Source: Candidatus Bathyarchaeota archaeon
Lineage (GTDB): Archaea > Thermoproteota > Bathyarchaeia > Bathyarchaeales > Bathycorpusculaceae
NCBI GenBank assembly: GCA_963707955.1
Contig: OY970176.1
Span: forward strand, 1,664,001-1,728,000
DNA length: 64,000 nucleotides
Direction of reading: 5' to 3'
A model generated the notes under the pieces. It was not told where the DNA came from. It did not search any database and saw only the letters and a list, made by a program, of their open reading frames with translations. The position numbers and the translations under genes are program-made. Of the stretch, positions 20,160 through 30,305 are shown piece by piece. Numbering within the stretch: position 1 is the first letter of the stretch; every line of letters starts with the position of its first letter.

Positions 20160-20651
20160 TTAGAAGTGGCCTAGAACAAAATCCCTCAAACCATTATGGT
20201 TCATCAAAAAATCAATTATAATTCTCGTGGCTTTGACAATCTGCACATCGAGCAGCCGCGAGGTGCCCAGTGTAAATATGAAGGAGAATATGCCCAAGGG
20301 AATTTCTAGGATGAGGTTTAAGGAGCCAAAAATCAGCACGAAAACAAGCGTGAGCAGAGCACCAAGTATGCCCATGATGAATGAGCGCACGATGAAATAC
20401 AGCCTCTGATGCCACACAGAAAGCAGCAGTGCCTTTGCAAGAGCCTGTTTCCCGACGTTCCGTTCGGTTTCAGTAGGCGCTTCATTCACATGCTGCAGCA
20501 AAGTTTTGGCGTGACGCATATCTGTCAAATGCAGAATCTTTATCATTTCGTCGGACTCTGCAAGCTCTTTTGAGCTCTTGTTTTCGATTTCCGTCATGAT
20601 TTCTTGAGTCATTTCGTCGACTTTTTGGTCGCCGATTGAAGTGGAAGTCAT
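20160..20651 (-). CDS. hypothetical membrane protein (2 C-terminal TM segments)
   Basis: Hydrophobic C-terminal hairpin; start uncertain. Confidence 0.65.
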   Translation of the reverse strand: MTSTSIGDQKVDEMTQEIMTEIENKSSKELAESDEMIKILHLTDMRHAKTLLQHVNEAPTETERNVGKQALAKALLLSVWHQRLYFIVRSFIMGILGALLTLVFVLIFGSLNLILEIPLGIFSFIFTLGTSRLLDVQIVKATRIIIDFLMNHNGLRDFVLGHF

Positions 20652-20998
20652 ACACGAAACCAGCTGAGATCTTAGCTCTCTAGTTAATAACTTCTTTGAG
20701 TCTTGGCATGTTTTGATTCTGGGAAACGCGCAACTGCACACGCAAGAAGTAGTAGAACACAAAACAGCGCGCGCTGCTTCCACACTGGCGGGGCATTTGC
20801 AGTGTATTCTTGTCATACGATATACAAGTTGATTATCAAGCTACCGAGAACCCAACTCGTAAGCATGGCCACTACCATCGTCCCGAGGGCTGTCGCCCAA
20901 AATAACACTCTGCTTCGTGCGAATTATGACTCCGCCAACAAGCGCGCGCCTAGAAACGGTAAAATAGAGGAACTTTACATAGACGTAGCGCGCCCTAA

Positions 20999-21217
20999 AT
21001 GAATACTTTGCCTAGAAGACCAAAGGTCCTTGGTATTCTGTTGATCTTTTTACTGCTTGGCTCCTTTGTTCTCGGAGCTGCAGCAGAAGTTGCACCTAAA
21101 TACATTAGCCTCTTTTTACTGATTGCTTTTCTTGTTGTCATAGCATTTGGAATTGTTTTCTACTATAATAGCAAGCGTAAGCGCGCGCTAAATTGGATGT
21201 CACAAAACGAGACTTGA
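20999..21217 (+). CDS. small 2-TM membrane protein
   Basis: Two hydrophobic segments; GCGCGC motifs at both ends. Confidence 0.55.
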   Translation: MNTLPRRPKVLGILLIFLLLGSFVLGAAAEVAPKYISLFLLIAFLVVIAFGIVFYYNSKRKRALNWMSQNET

Positions 21218-21285
21218 AGTCTTTGCTCATAATCTTAAAGCAGTCGAGCGCTGCATTTGGAAAATGGGTCACGCAAGCTATGAAG

Positions 21286-21585
21286 TCAAAGAGGGATTGG
21301 CATAGGTATGCCGTTTCTTGCTTCCTCAACTATCGGGAGCACTTGTTTCAGTTCCCTGAAGTACTTGAGTACCGTTATGCCTCTTTGAGTTATAGCAAAG
21401 ACTGTTCTACTTTTCCCCACATTTCTTTCTTCAACAAGATTCTGTTTGATTAGGAAGGCAAGATACTCTTTCAGAACGCTACAATTCACGTTTGCTTTAT
21501 ACATTATATGCGTTAGTTTCAAAGGTCCGCGATGAGCCAACACTTTGAGAATGTCAACGTACATCTCGAGTTTGGAACGTCTCAT
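21286..21585 (-). CDS. winged-HTH transcription regulator (ArnR1-like/HTH_45 type)
   Basis: MRRSKLEMYVDILKVL..LKLTHIMYKANVNCSVLKEYL..ITQRG. Confidence 0.9.
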   Translation of the reverse strand: MRRSKLEMYVDILKVLAHRGPLKLTHIMYKANVNCSVLKEYLAFLIKQNLVEERNVGKSRTVFAITQRGITVLKYFRELKQVLPIVEEARNGIPMPIPL

Positions 21586-21998
21586 AATTCTGCCCTTCGC
21601 GTATGTGTCTTTCACCAGTTGGAACAAGGGGTATAAACCGTTTATGAATCAGAAACCATGGTTCATAATCACATATTGCCGCGCCAACAGAAGTTTTCGT
21701 CGCACCTCTGCAACATGTTTCTGTTCATATTGAACCTCTAGACAACCTGAACTTGGAATAGTTATCGCAAGTATGTATTTCGAAACCGTATTTTGACAGC
21801 GTGCACTGCGCGCGCTGCATCGCCATTTTTCGCTCCCTTAGAAACAAGTTCCAATCGTTTGTAAGACAGAAATGTATGATCCATGATGCGCGCGCTGATA
21901 GTAATTACGTCGGGAACGCGCTTGCTTCTATCTAGCACAAAACTTAAGAAAAGTATGTGATATATTGTGGAAATTGGCGAATGAGGAGGTGATTTTGG

Positions 21999-22244
21999 TT
22001 GGCTAAATTAAAGAAGCGTTCTGGGACTATGCAAGAGTTTGACAAAGCAAAGCTGAAAACCTCTATGAAGAAGGCTGGAGCCAAAGAAGAACACGCAACA
22101 AAAGTGGCGGATAAGGTGGCAGGCAAGGTAAAAGAAGGAACAAAAACTATAGAGATTAGGGAATGGTTAATAACAGAACTAAGGCCGTTGGATTCAAAAG
22201 CTACAGAGGCATACGTAAGTTACAAGAAACCGAAGAAGAAGTAG
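21999..22244 (+). CDS. stand-alone ATP-cone domain protein
   Basis: KKRSGTMQEFDKAKLKTSMKKAG..T.EIRE..L..A.EAY. Confidence 0.85.
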   Translation: MAKLKKRSGTMQEFDKAKLKTSMKKAGAKEEHATKVADKVAGKVKEGTKTIEIREWLITELRPLDSKATEAYVSYKKPKKK

Positions 22245-22496
22245 CGTGCGATCCTATGCTGGGTCGCATTCATTTTTAGCGCGTGCTCCTTTCCTCTTTC
22301 TTGTGAATAGTCTGAATTGTGTGTCGTTAGGTTGGGTCGTGGAACATTAGATTTATTAGTGCCATCGCGCGCGCCAGTTAAAGTGCGCTCTGGTCTGGCC
22401 GAGTGCAAGGTTGATTTCCCGATGGACAGAGTTTCTTGAAGAGGACCGCGAAAAGCTAAACGAGTTTGATGAATGCTTCAGGCTCACACTCACTCC

Positions 22497-22571
22497 GTGT
22501 GCGTGTGTGTGCGTGCGTGTGTAGGTGTAGGTATAGGAGTATAGGTAGGTGTAGGAGTAGGAGTGTGGGTG
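22497..22571. repeat. low-complexity (GT/GC)n then GTAGG(A/T) microsatellite-like tract
   Basis: GTGTGCGTGTGTGTGCGTGCGTGTGTAGGTGTAGGTATAGGAGTATAGGTAGGTGTAGGAGTAGGAGTG. Confidence 0.8.
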
Positions 22572-22850
22572 ACCAGAGTGGCGTGCAGGTGCTCACAGAG
22601 TGGAGTGAGTGAGCGCGCGCGCTACCGTAGGCAGTGGTTGGTTGGATAAAACTTTACCCCCGCGCGCGAGGGACAAATGCGCAAGCAGGTTCAGTGCAGG
22701 AAGGATGGAACCAGAAGAGGGCGTGATGGTCGCGGGCATTGAAAAGTCACCGCCCTTGTCGAGACCCTCCGCCAAGCCTTTCGCATAAACTCGGCTTCAG
22801 CCCCTTGCGAAGTCAGTAGGGCCTTCCCTAGCGCCCGCTTGCAGTACTAG

Positions 22851-22911
22851 TACCCTAGGGGGGAGGGGGAGGGTGGAATAGACGGGGCCAAAACGCGAAT
22901 ACAGGGATGTA
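22851..22911 (+). repeat. G-rich dispersed repeat, copy 1
   Basis: CCTAGGGGGGAGGGGGAGGGTGGAATAGACGGGGCCAAAACGCGAATACAGGGATGT; related inverted copy at 45821-45876. Confidence 0.65.
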
Positions 22912-23105
22912 GCGTTCAGGTTTGGCATCGCTCAATTGGTGGGAAGCAGGAATCACAGCCATTTTTATGGTTGAAACGATTTCAGGGGCTTCCCAAAGCA
23001 TCTGTCTTCTATGAACATTAGACTCTTCAACAGGGTCAGCGAAAGTTTTAATATACCATGCTCTTAGCTTCGTTTCTCCATCAGAATTGCCACGGGTGAA
23101 ATTGC

Positions 23106-23894
23106 TTGAAACGCATACTTGTTTGCCTCAAACAGGCAGTTGACGTTTCACAGTTGAAGGTTGACCCCGCAACGAGAAGGCTGGTCACGGCTGGCGCGCC
23201 TAAGAAAATAAGCGATTTCGACAAGAACGCTTTGGAGGAGGCCATCAGGCTCAAAGAGAAGCTCGGCGGCGTCGAAGTGCTCACACTGACTGTAAGCCCT
23301 GAAGACGCAAAGCCCGTGTTGAGAGAAGCGCTCGCGATCGGCGCTGACAGAGCCTACATCGTCAACGACCCAAGCGTTCAGGGAGCAGACACTTTGGGCA
23401 CGGCTTACATCCTCGCTGAAATGACAAAGAAGATCGCCGACTTCGACCTGATTCTCTGCGGCGAAACATCCCTGGACAGCTTCAGCGGCCTCGTCGGCCC
23501 CAGACTGTCAGAACTGTTAAACCTGCCCCAAATAACCTCTGTCAGAAAAGTTGCGGTGGAAGGCGACACAGTCGTCGCCGAAAGGTCGCTTGAGGACGCA
23601 AGCGAAACTGTGAAGGCAAAAATGCCTGCCCTAATCTCGGTAACGCGGGAAATAAACCAGCCGAGAATCCCGTCGCTCATGATGATAATGAAAGCCTCAA
23701 AGAAAGAAATCGTCACCTGGACGCTGAAAGACCTCAACGTTTCCACCGAAAAAATCACCGCAAAAACCGAAGTCATAGACGCCCTGGCACCGAAGATGGA
23801 AAGGAAAAAGATCAAAATCACAGGCGAATCCGTGCAGGAGATCGCGGAGAAGCTGGCTAAAGTGCTCATTCAAGAGGGCGTCGTCGGAAGGTGA
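23106..23894 (+). CDS. etfB: electron transfer flavoprotein beta subunit
   Basis: ILVCLKQ, FDKNALEEA, ADTLGTA, DLILCG..S.D..GLVGP, INQPRIPS. Confidence 0.95.
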   Translation: MKRILVCLKQAVDVSQLKVDPATRRLVTAGAPKKISDFDKNALEEAIRLKEKLGGVEVLTLTVSPEDAKPVLREALAIGADRAYIVNDPSVQGADTLGTAYILAEMTKKIADFDLILCGETSLDSFSGLVGPRLSELLNLPQITSVRKVAVEGDTVVAERSLEDASETVKAKMPALISVTREINQPRIPSLMMIMKASKKEIVTWTLKDLNVSTEKITAKTEVIDALAPKMERKKIKITGESVQEIAEKLAKVLIQEGVVGR

Positions 23895-24865
23895 ACCAAA
23901 TGAGCGAAAACAGAGGAGTCTGGGTCTTCTCAGAAGCGCACGACCTGACCATCGAAATGCTCGGAAAAGGAAGAGAACTAGCAGACAAACTGCAAACGGA
24001 ACTCGCAGCCATCCTCATCGGAAACAACGTACAAGACAAAGCAAACGAACTGATAAGCTACGGCGCAGACAAGGTCTACTTGGTCGACAACCCGGATGTG
24101 GAGCATTTTCAGGCTGAAGCCTACCTAGGCATCCTGCACAACTTGGCCATGACCTACCGGCCAGAAATCCTGCTAATCGGGTCGACCAGAAACGGAAAAC
24201 CCCTCGCAGCCAGACTCGCAACCCGCTTAGACACCGGATGCGTACCAGACTGCGCAAGACTGAGCGTTGACGAGAACAGAAAACTCATCGGCGAAAGGAT
24301 AACCTACGGCGGAAACGCCGTGGCCAAGGTAACCTTCAAGTCCCAGCCGCAGGTAGCAACCGTGCCCGCAAGAGCGTTCGAGAAACCCACGCCTCAAACC
24401 CGAAACGGACAGGTAATCAAACTGGACCTGAAGGTTGAGGAACCGAAGACCCAAGTGGTCGAAAGAAAACCCCTTGAAACGTCAAACGTGAACGTCGAGG
24501 AAGCCCAGTACCTGGTCTGCTGCGGAAGAGGCTTAGAGAAAAAAGACGACAAGGTCCTGCTCGAAGAACTCGCAAACGTTCTAGGCGGCCAAGTCGGCTG
24601 CTCACGCCCACTGGTTGAGGACAGAAAATGGTTCACAGAATGGATAGGACTCTCAGGACACAAGGTCAAACCTAAACTCTACATGGCATGCGGCATCTCC
24701 GGCGTGATCCAACACGTCGCCGGCATACGCGACTCCAAGATAATCGTGGCCATAAACAAGGACCCAGAAGCGCCGATATTCGAAATCGCAGACTACGGAG
24801 TCGTAGGCAACCTGTACGAAGTGCTGCCAGCCCTCAAAGACGCGCTGAAAAGACAGCTTCAGTGA
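23891..24865 (+). CDS. etfA: electron transfer flavoprotein alpha subunit
   Basis: GRGL, VGCSRP, IGLSGHKVKPKLYMACGISGVIQHVAG, AINKDPEAPIF. Confidence 0.95.
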   Translation: MNQMSENRGVWVFSEAHDLTIEMLGKGRELADKLQTELAAILIGNNVQDKANELISYGADKVYLVDNPDVEHFQAEAYLGILHNLAMTYRPEILLIGSTRNGKPLAARLATRLDTGCVPDCARLSVDENRKLIGERITYGGNAVAKVTFKSQPQVATVPARAFEKPTPQTRNGQVIKLDLKVEEPKTQVVERKPLETSNVNVEEAQYLVCCGRGLEKKDDKVLLEELANVLGGQVGCSRPLVEDRKWFTEWIGLSGHKVKPKLYMACGISGVIQHVAGIRDSKIIVAINKDPEAPIFEIADYGVVGNLYEVLPALKDALKRQLQ

Positions 24866-24907
24866 ATCTTCGCTTTCCTCAAAGGGAAAAAACGAGAAGG
24901 ATTTTGT

Positions 24908-26134
24908 CTACTTGTAGGCGATGAAGTCTCTTCCCAGCAGTTCTCTTGCAATCACCGTTCTCTGTATGTTCGTGGCCCCTTCAGCTCCAACGCAGTAGGA
25001 CATTATCCCGCGCAGACCCATCTCCAACGGACATTCTCTGGTGTAGCCCCATGCTCCAAGCCAGATCATAGCATGCTTGTAAACGTCAAAGGCCAGATGC
25101 GGCGCCAAGAGCTTGCAAGCCGCAATCATTTTGGTCACCTCAAGCGGCGTAAACTTGCTTTCCTTATAGCGCATGTCCAACATCCACGCAGTTCTGTAGG
25201 TCAAAGACCGCAAAGCCTCAAGATGCGCCCAATCATCAGCCATCTCGAATTGGATGCCCTGGAACTTGCCGATCGCTCTGCCGAAGGCTTTTCGCTCCTT
25301 TATGTAGTCCATGCCAACGTCGAGTGCGCGTCTGGCAGCCCCGACGCATACGCTGGAGATGAGGATGCGTGCGGCGTCGAAGCCTTCCATCGTCAAGTAG
25401 AAACCCTTGTCAACGTCGCCTAAACGATAAGCATCAGGTATCTTGACGTTGTTCATGAGGAAGCCACCCGTTGAAATCGCCATTCTTCCCATGTCCTCGT
25501 AACGCTTGTTAATTTCAACCCCAGCCGTGTTCATGGGCACGTAGAAACCGGTCATTCCACGATGGGCAGCTTCCGGCGATGTTGGTGATGTTCGTGCGAG
25601 GACGAAGTAGCCGCCGCCGAGCTTCTTTGCCTCCTCAGTGCCGCTTATGTACGTTTTTTCACCGTTGAGGACCCAGTCGTTTCCCACTTTCTTTGCTGTA
25701 GACTTTAAGGCTGCAACGTCTGACCCTCCGCCGGTTTCTGTGGAACCTATGCCTATGAAGGCGTCGCCTCTGATTGCTGGGCGTATAACGTCGTTGCGGA
25801 CCCTTTCGCTCGCGTGCCTGTCGACCACGTATCCCCAGGATGATTCTACAAGCCAGAGCACGGGCAAGGCGATGCTCACGTCTGCGTAGCCAAGCTCTTC
25901 TCCTGCGATGCACGCCGTGACCCAGTCTGCGCCTGTTCCGCCGTGCTCCTCCGGAGCCGTCATTATGTTCAGTCCCATCTCACCCATGCTCTTAAGCATC
26001 GACTGCGGAATCCAGCCCTGGGTGTCCATCTCCCTGATCTTCTCTATCGGCAGGTTCTTCTCGCACCATTCGCGGACAGCCTTGCGAAAGAGTTCCTGTT
26101 CCTCCGTGAACCCAAATTCCACCATTTTCTCCAC
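24908..26134 (-). CDS. acyl-CoA dehydrogenase
   Basis: TETGGGSD, LNGEKTYISG, R.AFGRAIGKFQGIQF, GAWGY, EGATNIQR. Confidence 0.95.
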   Translation of the reverse strand: MEKMVEFGFTEEQELFRKAVREWCEKNLPIEKIREMDTQGWIPQSMLKSMGEMGLNIMTAPEEHGGTGADWVTACIAGEELGYADVSIALPVLWLVESSWGYVVDRHASERVRNDVIRPAIRGDAFIGIGSTETGGGSDVAALKSTAKKVGNDWVLNGEKTYISGTEEAKKLGGGYFVLARTSPTSPEAAHRGMTGFYVPMNTAGVEINKRYEDMGRMAISTGGFLMNNVKIPDAYRLGDVDKGFYLTMEGFDAARILISSVCVGAARRALDVGMDYIKERKAFGRAIGKFQGIQFEMADDWAHLEALRSLTYRTAWMLDMRYKESKFTPLEVTKMIAACKLLAPHLAFDVYKHAMIWLGAWGYTRECPLEMGLRGIMSYCVGAEGATNIQRTVIARELLGRDFIAYK

Positions 26135-26183
26135 CTTTTGAAGGGAAGCTTTGCGAAAGCTAATATAAAAGTTGTTTGCAGCT

Positions 26184-27059
26184 CTAACTCGAAATCTTTG
26201 CCAGAAGCGTTTCTGCGGGGCTTTGATTCAACTGTAGCCCCAGTTTCCCCGCGTCTATGCCCATTGCAAGGCCGAGCAGCTGCGTGTAGTAAACTACTGG
26301 AACGTTGAGTTTCACTCCCACGATCGTCCCAGCGTCCTTCTGCTTCGCATCAAACATCAGTCCGCAGTCAGGGCACGATACGACTAGACCTGTCACGCTC
26401 AAGCCTTGCACTGCTTTAAGCTTGGAACCCGCAAGTGAAAGGGCAGAATCAGGATGGCTGCGCATCAACGCGGCCCCGCAGCAATCCAGCTTTTCAGCGT
26501 AGTCCACGGCTTCAGCGCCGATCGCTTCTATCAATTCGTCGAGCTTTCGCGGGTTCTCCGCGTCGTCACTCCTTCCCAAGTCACTGTAACGTATCAGCTG
26601 GCAGCCCACGTGAGTTGCAACCTTTAGACCCGTGAGGGGTTTCTTCGCGGCTTTCCTGATTTTTTCCAACCCCACGTGATCGTGTAGAAGGTCGATCGTG
26701 TGCCAGATCTTGATGTTTGGGCTGTAGTCTAGTCCCTCCTCTTTCAGCAAGTTGATGATTTTCTGAGCGGTTTGAGGCTTCTTCTTCATAGTATCTTGAG
26801 CTTCGGAGAGCGTGAAGTGGCAGCGGTTGCACGGGACAAGCAGGTTGTCTAGGCCTGTCAGGTTTGCCTGGGCCAGAACTCTAGCCGCTAGGAAGGTGGC
26901 CGCAAACTCGTTGACACTCTTCACGGGGTCGCCGCAGCAAACGGATTCGCTCAGGTCGACCAGCTCGATGCCAAACTTGGGAAGAGTTGCTCGAAGCGAT
27001 ATCTCATAGGCAAACTGGTTAGCCTGTATGCAACAGCCCCAGTAAACGGCGATTTTCAC
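26184..27059 (-). CDS. hdrB: heterodisulfide reductase subunit B
   Basis: YWGC, CCG, CNRC, HVGC, CCG, CPDC (two CCG domains). Confidence 0.93.
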   Translation of the reverse strand: MKIAVYWGCCIQANQFAYEISLRATLPKFGIELVDLSESVCCGDPVKSVNEFAATFLAARVLAQANLTGLDNLLVPCNRCHFTLSEAQDTMKKKPQTAQKIINLLKEEGLDYSPNIKIWHTIDLLHDHVGLEKIRKAAKKPLTGLKVATHVGCQLIRYSDLGRSDDAENPRKLDELIEAIGAEAVDYAEKLDCCGAALMRSHPDSALSLAGSKLKAVQGLSVTGLVVSCPDCGLMFDAKQKDAGTIVGVKLNVPVVYYTQLLGLAMGIDAGKLGLQLNQSPAETLLAKISS

Positions 27060-27060
27060 A

Positions 27061-27570
27061 CTACTTCTCCTCCATAGCCTTCATGAAGGCTGCTTGAAAA
27101 GTCTGCTTCGGAGGCTTGATCTTCGGCAGTTTCGCGGATTCGCGGTCAACGGTTTCCATCTTTCTGGTCACTATCTTCTGAGGAGGCTCTGCCAATCCGG
27201 TTTCCAGTATCTGTGAAACGATTTTCAAGTAACCCTCGGGCACTTTTGCCCCTCTTTCAACGGCAAGGTTTCTGAGGGCTATTATGACATGGTAGGGCGA
27301 AGCCTTCTGCGGGCACCTTTGGACGCATTTCAAGCATGTGACGCAGGTCCAAATGATGTCTGAAGATGACAAGTCCTCCACAAGACCTAGGTTGACGAGC
27401 TTCACTATTTCGTGCGGTTTCAGCTCCAGCAGCTTCAGCGCCGTGCAACCACTCGTGCATCTTATACACTGATAACAGTTTAAGAGTTCCCTTCCGCCGA
27501 GCTTCAACAGAATTCTGTCTCGCAATTCAAAGTTGGGCTTGGCCGTAGACATCAAGTCGACGAGACTCAA
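27061..27570 (-). CDS. hdrC: heterodisulfide reductase subunit C
   Basis: CYQCIRCTSGC and WTCVTCLKCVQRCP. Confidence 0.93.
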   Translation of the reverse strand: MSLVDLMSTAKPNFELRDRILLKLGGRELLNCYQCIRCTSGCTALKLLELKPHEIVKLVNLGLVEDLSSSDIIWTCVTCLKCVQRCPQKASPYHVIIALRNLAVERGAKVPEGYLKIVSQILETGLAEPPQKIVTRKMETVDRESAKLPKIKPPKQTFQAAFMKAMEEK

Positions 27571-27571
27571 G

Positions 27572-29551
27572 TCACCCTCCTCCTTCAGCGCATGTCTCCG
27601 CTAGTGCCGCTTGAACTTGAGTCACGACCTGCTTGTTACCATATTGCTGGATTTTGACAGCACCCGTCGGGCATGCTGAACTGCACAGACCGCAACCCTG
27701 GCACACAGCCTCAACGACTTCAGCAGTTAGCTTTTCTTCACCCTTCACGAACTCAGACTTCATCTCTATAGCGACAAAAGGACAGATCGACTCACAGATC
27801 CTGCATCCACTGCACAGGTCCTTGTCAACCACAGCTTTCAACGGTTCAATATCGATCTCACCGCTCAAAAGCAAGTCTATCACCTTTGCCGCGGCTCCAC
27901 TTGCCTGCGCTACCGTATCAGGAATGTCCTTGGGTCCTTGACACACGCCTGCGAGAAACACGCCCGCCATAGCACTCTCAAGCGGTCGCAGCTTCGGATG
28001 TGCTTCCAAGAGGAAACCGTCTGCACTTCTAGACGCATGCAACAACGCACTGATTTTCCCGACGTCGCCACTAGGTACGAGGCCCGTTCCAAGCACGACC
28101 ATGCCTGCGTGAACTTCTAGGAGCTTGTTTGTTCCCCTGTCATAAACGTCGAAGTAGAGTGAACCGTCCGCTGCGCAATGGATTTCAGAGGGTAAGCCCG
28201 CCACGAAATCTATGTCCATGCCCCTTGCACGTCCATAGAATTCCTCGTAGCCCTTGCCGAACGCTCGAAGGTCAATGAAACACGTGTATATCTTCAAGTC
28301 GCCCGGGATCTTCTCGCGGGCCAAGATTGCCTGCTTGAGCGTTACCATGCATCCCACGCGGCAGCAGTACTCATGGAAGCGCTTGTCTCGAGAACCCACG
28401 CACTGTATGAACGCTATGCTTCTGGGTATCTTCCCGTCCGAAAGTCTTGTCAGATGTCCTCCTGTCGGGCCAGATGCGCACAAAAGCCGTTCAAGTTCCA
28501 TGGCTGTTATGACGTTCTTAAATCGCTTGTATCCGTACTGCGGAATCGCCGAGGGGTCGAAAACGTCGAAGCCGGTCGAAACGACGATTGCTCCAACGTT
28601 GAGCTCGATCTCTTCTGGCTTCTGCGCCCTGTTCACTGCATCAGTCGGACAAACCTTCTCGCAGAGACCGCATTCAACGCAACTTTCCTTGTCTATTACT
28701 GGCACTCTGGGAACCGCTTGCATGAAGGGCACGTAGATAGCCTTTCTCACTCCCATGCACTCATCAAACTCGCTCTGCGCTTCTGCGGGACAGTTCTCCG
28801 AACAGATCAGGCATCCCGTACACTTTTTCTCGTCAACGTACCTTGGCTTTTTAAGAACCGTCACCTTGAAATTGCCGACCGAACCCTTTACCCCTTTGAC
28901 TTCCGAGTATGTGAGCAGTTGAACGTTGGGGTGATGCGCACAGTCTAGCATTTTCGGCGCAAGAATGCACATTGAACAGTCCATCGTGGGAAAAGTCTTG
29001 TCCAGCTGGGCCATCTTGCCGCCTATGCTGGGGGATTTCTCGACTAGGTAAACTTTGAAGCCTGCATTGGCCAGGTCAAGCGAGGCTTGTATGCCCGCTA
29101 TGCCGCCTCCCACGACCAAGACGCCCTTTTCAACGCGTATCTTATGTTTCTCTAATGGCTCGAGAAGCTTGGCGCGCGCCACACCCATCCTAACAAGCGC
29201 TTCAGCTTTTTCTGTTGCCTTCTCAGGTTCATGAGTGTGTGCCCAGGAGACTTGTTCTCGCAAGTTGACTATCTCAGTAAGGTATGGGTTGAGCCCAGCT
29301 TCTGCAACTGCTCTGCGGAACGTTTCTTCGTGCATGCGAGGCGAGCATGTTGCAATTACTATTCTGTCAAGTTTGTGGTCTTCAATATCATCCTGAATAA
29401 GTTGTTGGCCAGGTTCGGAGCACATGTAAGCGTAATGCTTAGCTATCACAACATCTGGCAATGTTTTGGCGTATTCCACCACTTTTTCCACATCAACGAC
29501 ACCAGCGATGTTTGAGCCGCAGTGGCAGACGTACACGCCTATCCTTGCCAT
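27572..29551 (-). CDS. hdrA: heterodisulfide reductase subunit A
   Basis: RIGVYVCHCGSNIAG, NLREQ, GGGIAG, DKTFPTMDCSMC, IQCVGSRD, HPKLRP, QGPKDIP, multiple ferredoxin motifs. Confidence 0.97.
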   Translation of the reverse strand: MARIGVYVCHCGSNIAGVVDVEKVVEYAKTLPDVVIAKHYAYMCSEPGQQLIQDDIEDHKLDRIVIATCSPRMHEETFRRAVAEAGLNPYLTEIVNLREQVSWAHTHEPEKATEKAEALVRMGVARAKLLEPLEKHKIRVEKGVLVVGGGIAGIQASLDLANAGFKVYLVEKSPSIGGKMAQLDKTFPTMDCSMCILAPKMLDCAHHPNVQLLTYSEVKGVKGSVGNFKVTVLKKPRYVDEKKCTGCLICSENCPAEAQSEFDECMGVRKAIYVPFMQAVPRVPVIDKESCVECGLCEKVCPTDAVNRAQKPEEIELNVGAIVVSTGFDVFDPSAIPQYGYKRFKNVITAMELERLLCASGPTGGHLTRLSDGKIPRSIAFIQCVGSRDKRFHEYCCRVGCMVTLKQAILAREKIPGDLKIYTCFIDLRAFGKGYEEFYGRARGMDIDFVAGLPSEIHCAADGSLYFDVYDRGTNKLLEVHAGMVVLGTGLVPSGDVGKISALLHASRSADGFLLEAHPKLRPLESAMAGVFLAGVCQGPKDIPDTVAQASGAAAKVIDLLLSGEIDIEPLKAVVDKDLCSGCRICESICPFVAIEMKSEFVKGEEKLTAEVVEAVCQGCGLCSSACPTGAVKIQQYGNKQVVTQVQAALAETCAEGGG

Positions 29552-29712
29552 CAGTTAGCCATCCATAACGTTGCTCCTGTTTAATTGCCCTTGATGCTCT
29601 CTATTATCTTTTCTGCCGAAAGCATGGTGATTTCAATGTTGGAAAAAAGCGACGTGAAATAGGCTGTTCAAAACGCAGTTCTTCTTAGAACGCGATAATT
29701 GCTTTTGGCCGC

Positions 29713-30237
29713 CTAGTACACTGAGACCTTGGCCACTCCTTTCACATTCAGTAACTCGGGAATGAGTTCTCCTGGAATCTTCTTTTCAACGATCAGTGAC
29801 AGTTTGGGTTCGGGTGAAAGCTCGGGGTCGTCCACGATTGCCTGTCTTATGCTCAAACCATTCTTCGCCAAAATCATTGCGGAGCTAGCTAATATTCCCG
29901 GGATCTTCGCATCGACAGGCGTTATTTCGACCACTCCCAAGTTCAAATGCTTAGCAATCTCCTTGAGTGAAAGCCCAGAAGATCTTATGCCCTCAAATAT
30001 CAACCTAAGTTCACGGTCAGATTTGATTGCGTTCAATGTCTCTTTGACAGTTCTCCTATCCACCCCTGCAGCCCGGGCCACACGTACTGGCGGAATCTCG
30101 ATCTCGTTAAGGTAAATCTTTCCACCCCTTGCACTAAGTCCGTTTTCTATGAGAACGCGGGTTACCCTGAGCCTCTCAGGATTCCCCTCGAAATATTTCT
30201 TCACGTTATTCCACATGGCAGCTGGCTCCGTGTACAT
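29713..30237 (-). CDS. HTH + ACT-domain amino-acid-binding regulator (COG2150-like)
   Basis: VARAAGVDRRTV, PGILA, SIRQAIVDDPELSPEPKL. Confidence 0.88.
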   Translation of the reverse strand: MYTEPAAMWNNVKKYFEGNPERLRVTRVLIENGLSARGGKIYLNEIEIPPVRVARAAGVDRRTVKETLNAIKSDRELRLIFEGIRSSGLSLKEIAKHLNLGVVEITPVDAKIPGILASSAMILAKNGLSIRQAIVDDPELSPEPKLSLIVEKKIPGELIPELLNVKGVAKVSVY

Positions 30238-30305
30238 TTTTGTGCAACAAAGTATAAATATGTTCTTGTCATATTGAGTCTGTTAAAGAGCATCAACGCA
30301 TAGAA

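Noticed and set aside
22925-22995. GCTCAATTGGT..AGCA resembling a tRNA D-arm
   Set aside because: No acceptor stem, anticodon arm or T-loop can be formed.
25943-29515. Long antisense ORFs over the hdr/acd genes (and similar ones elsewhere)
   Set aside because: Shadows of well-supported genes on the opposite strand.
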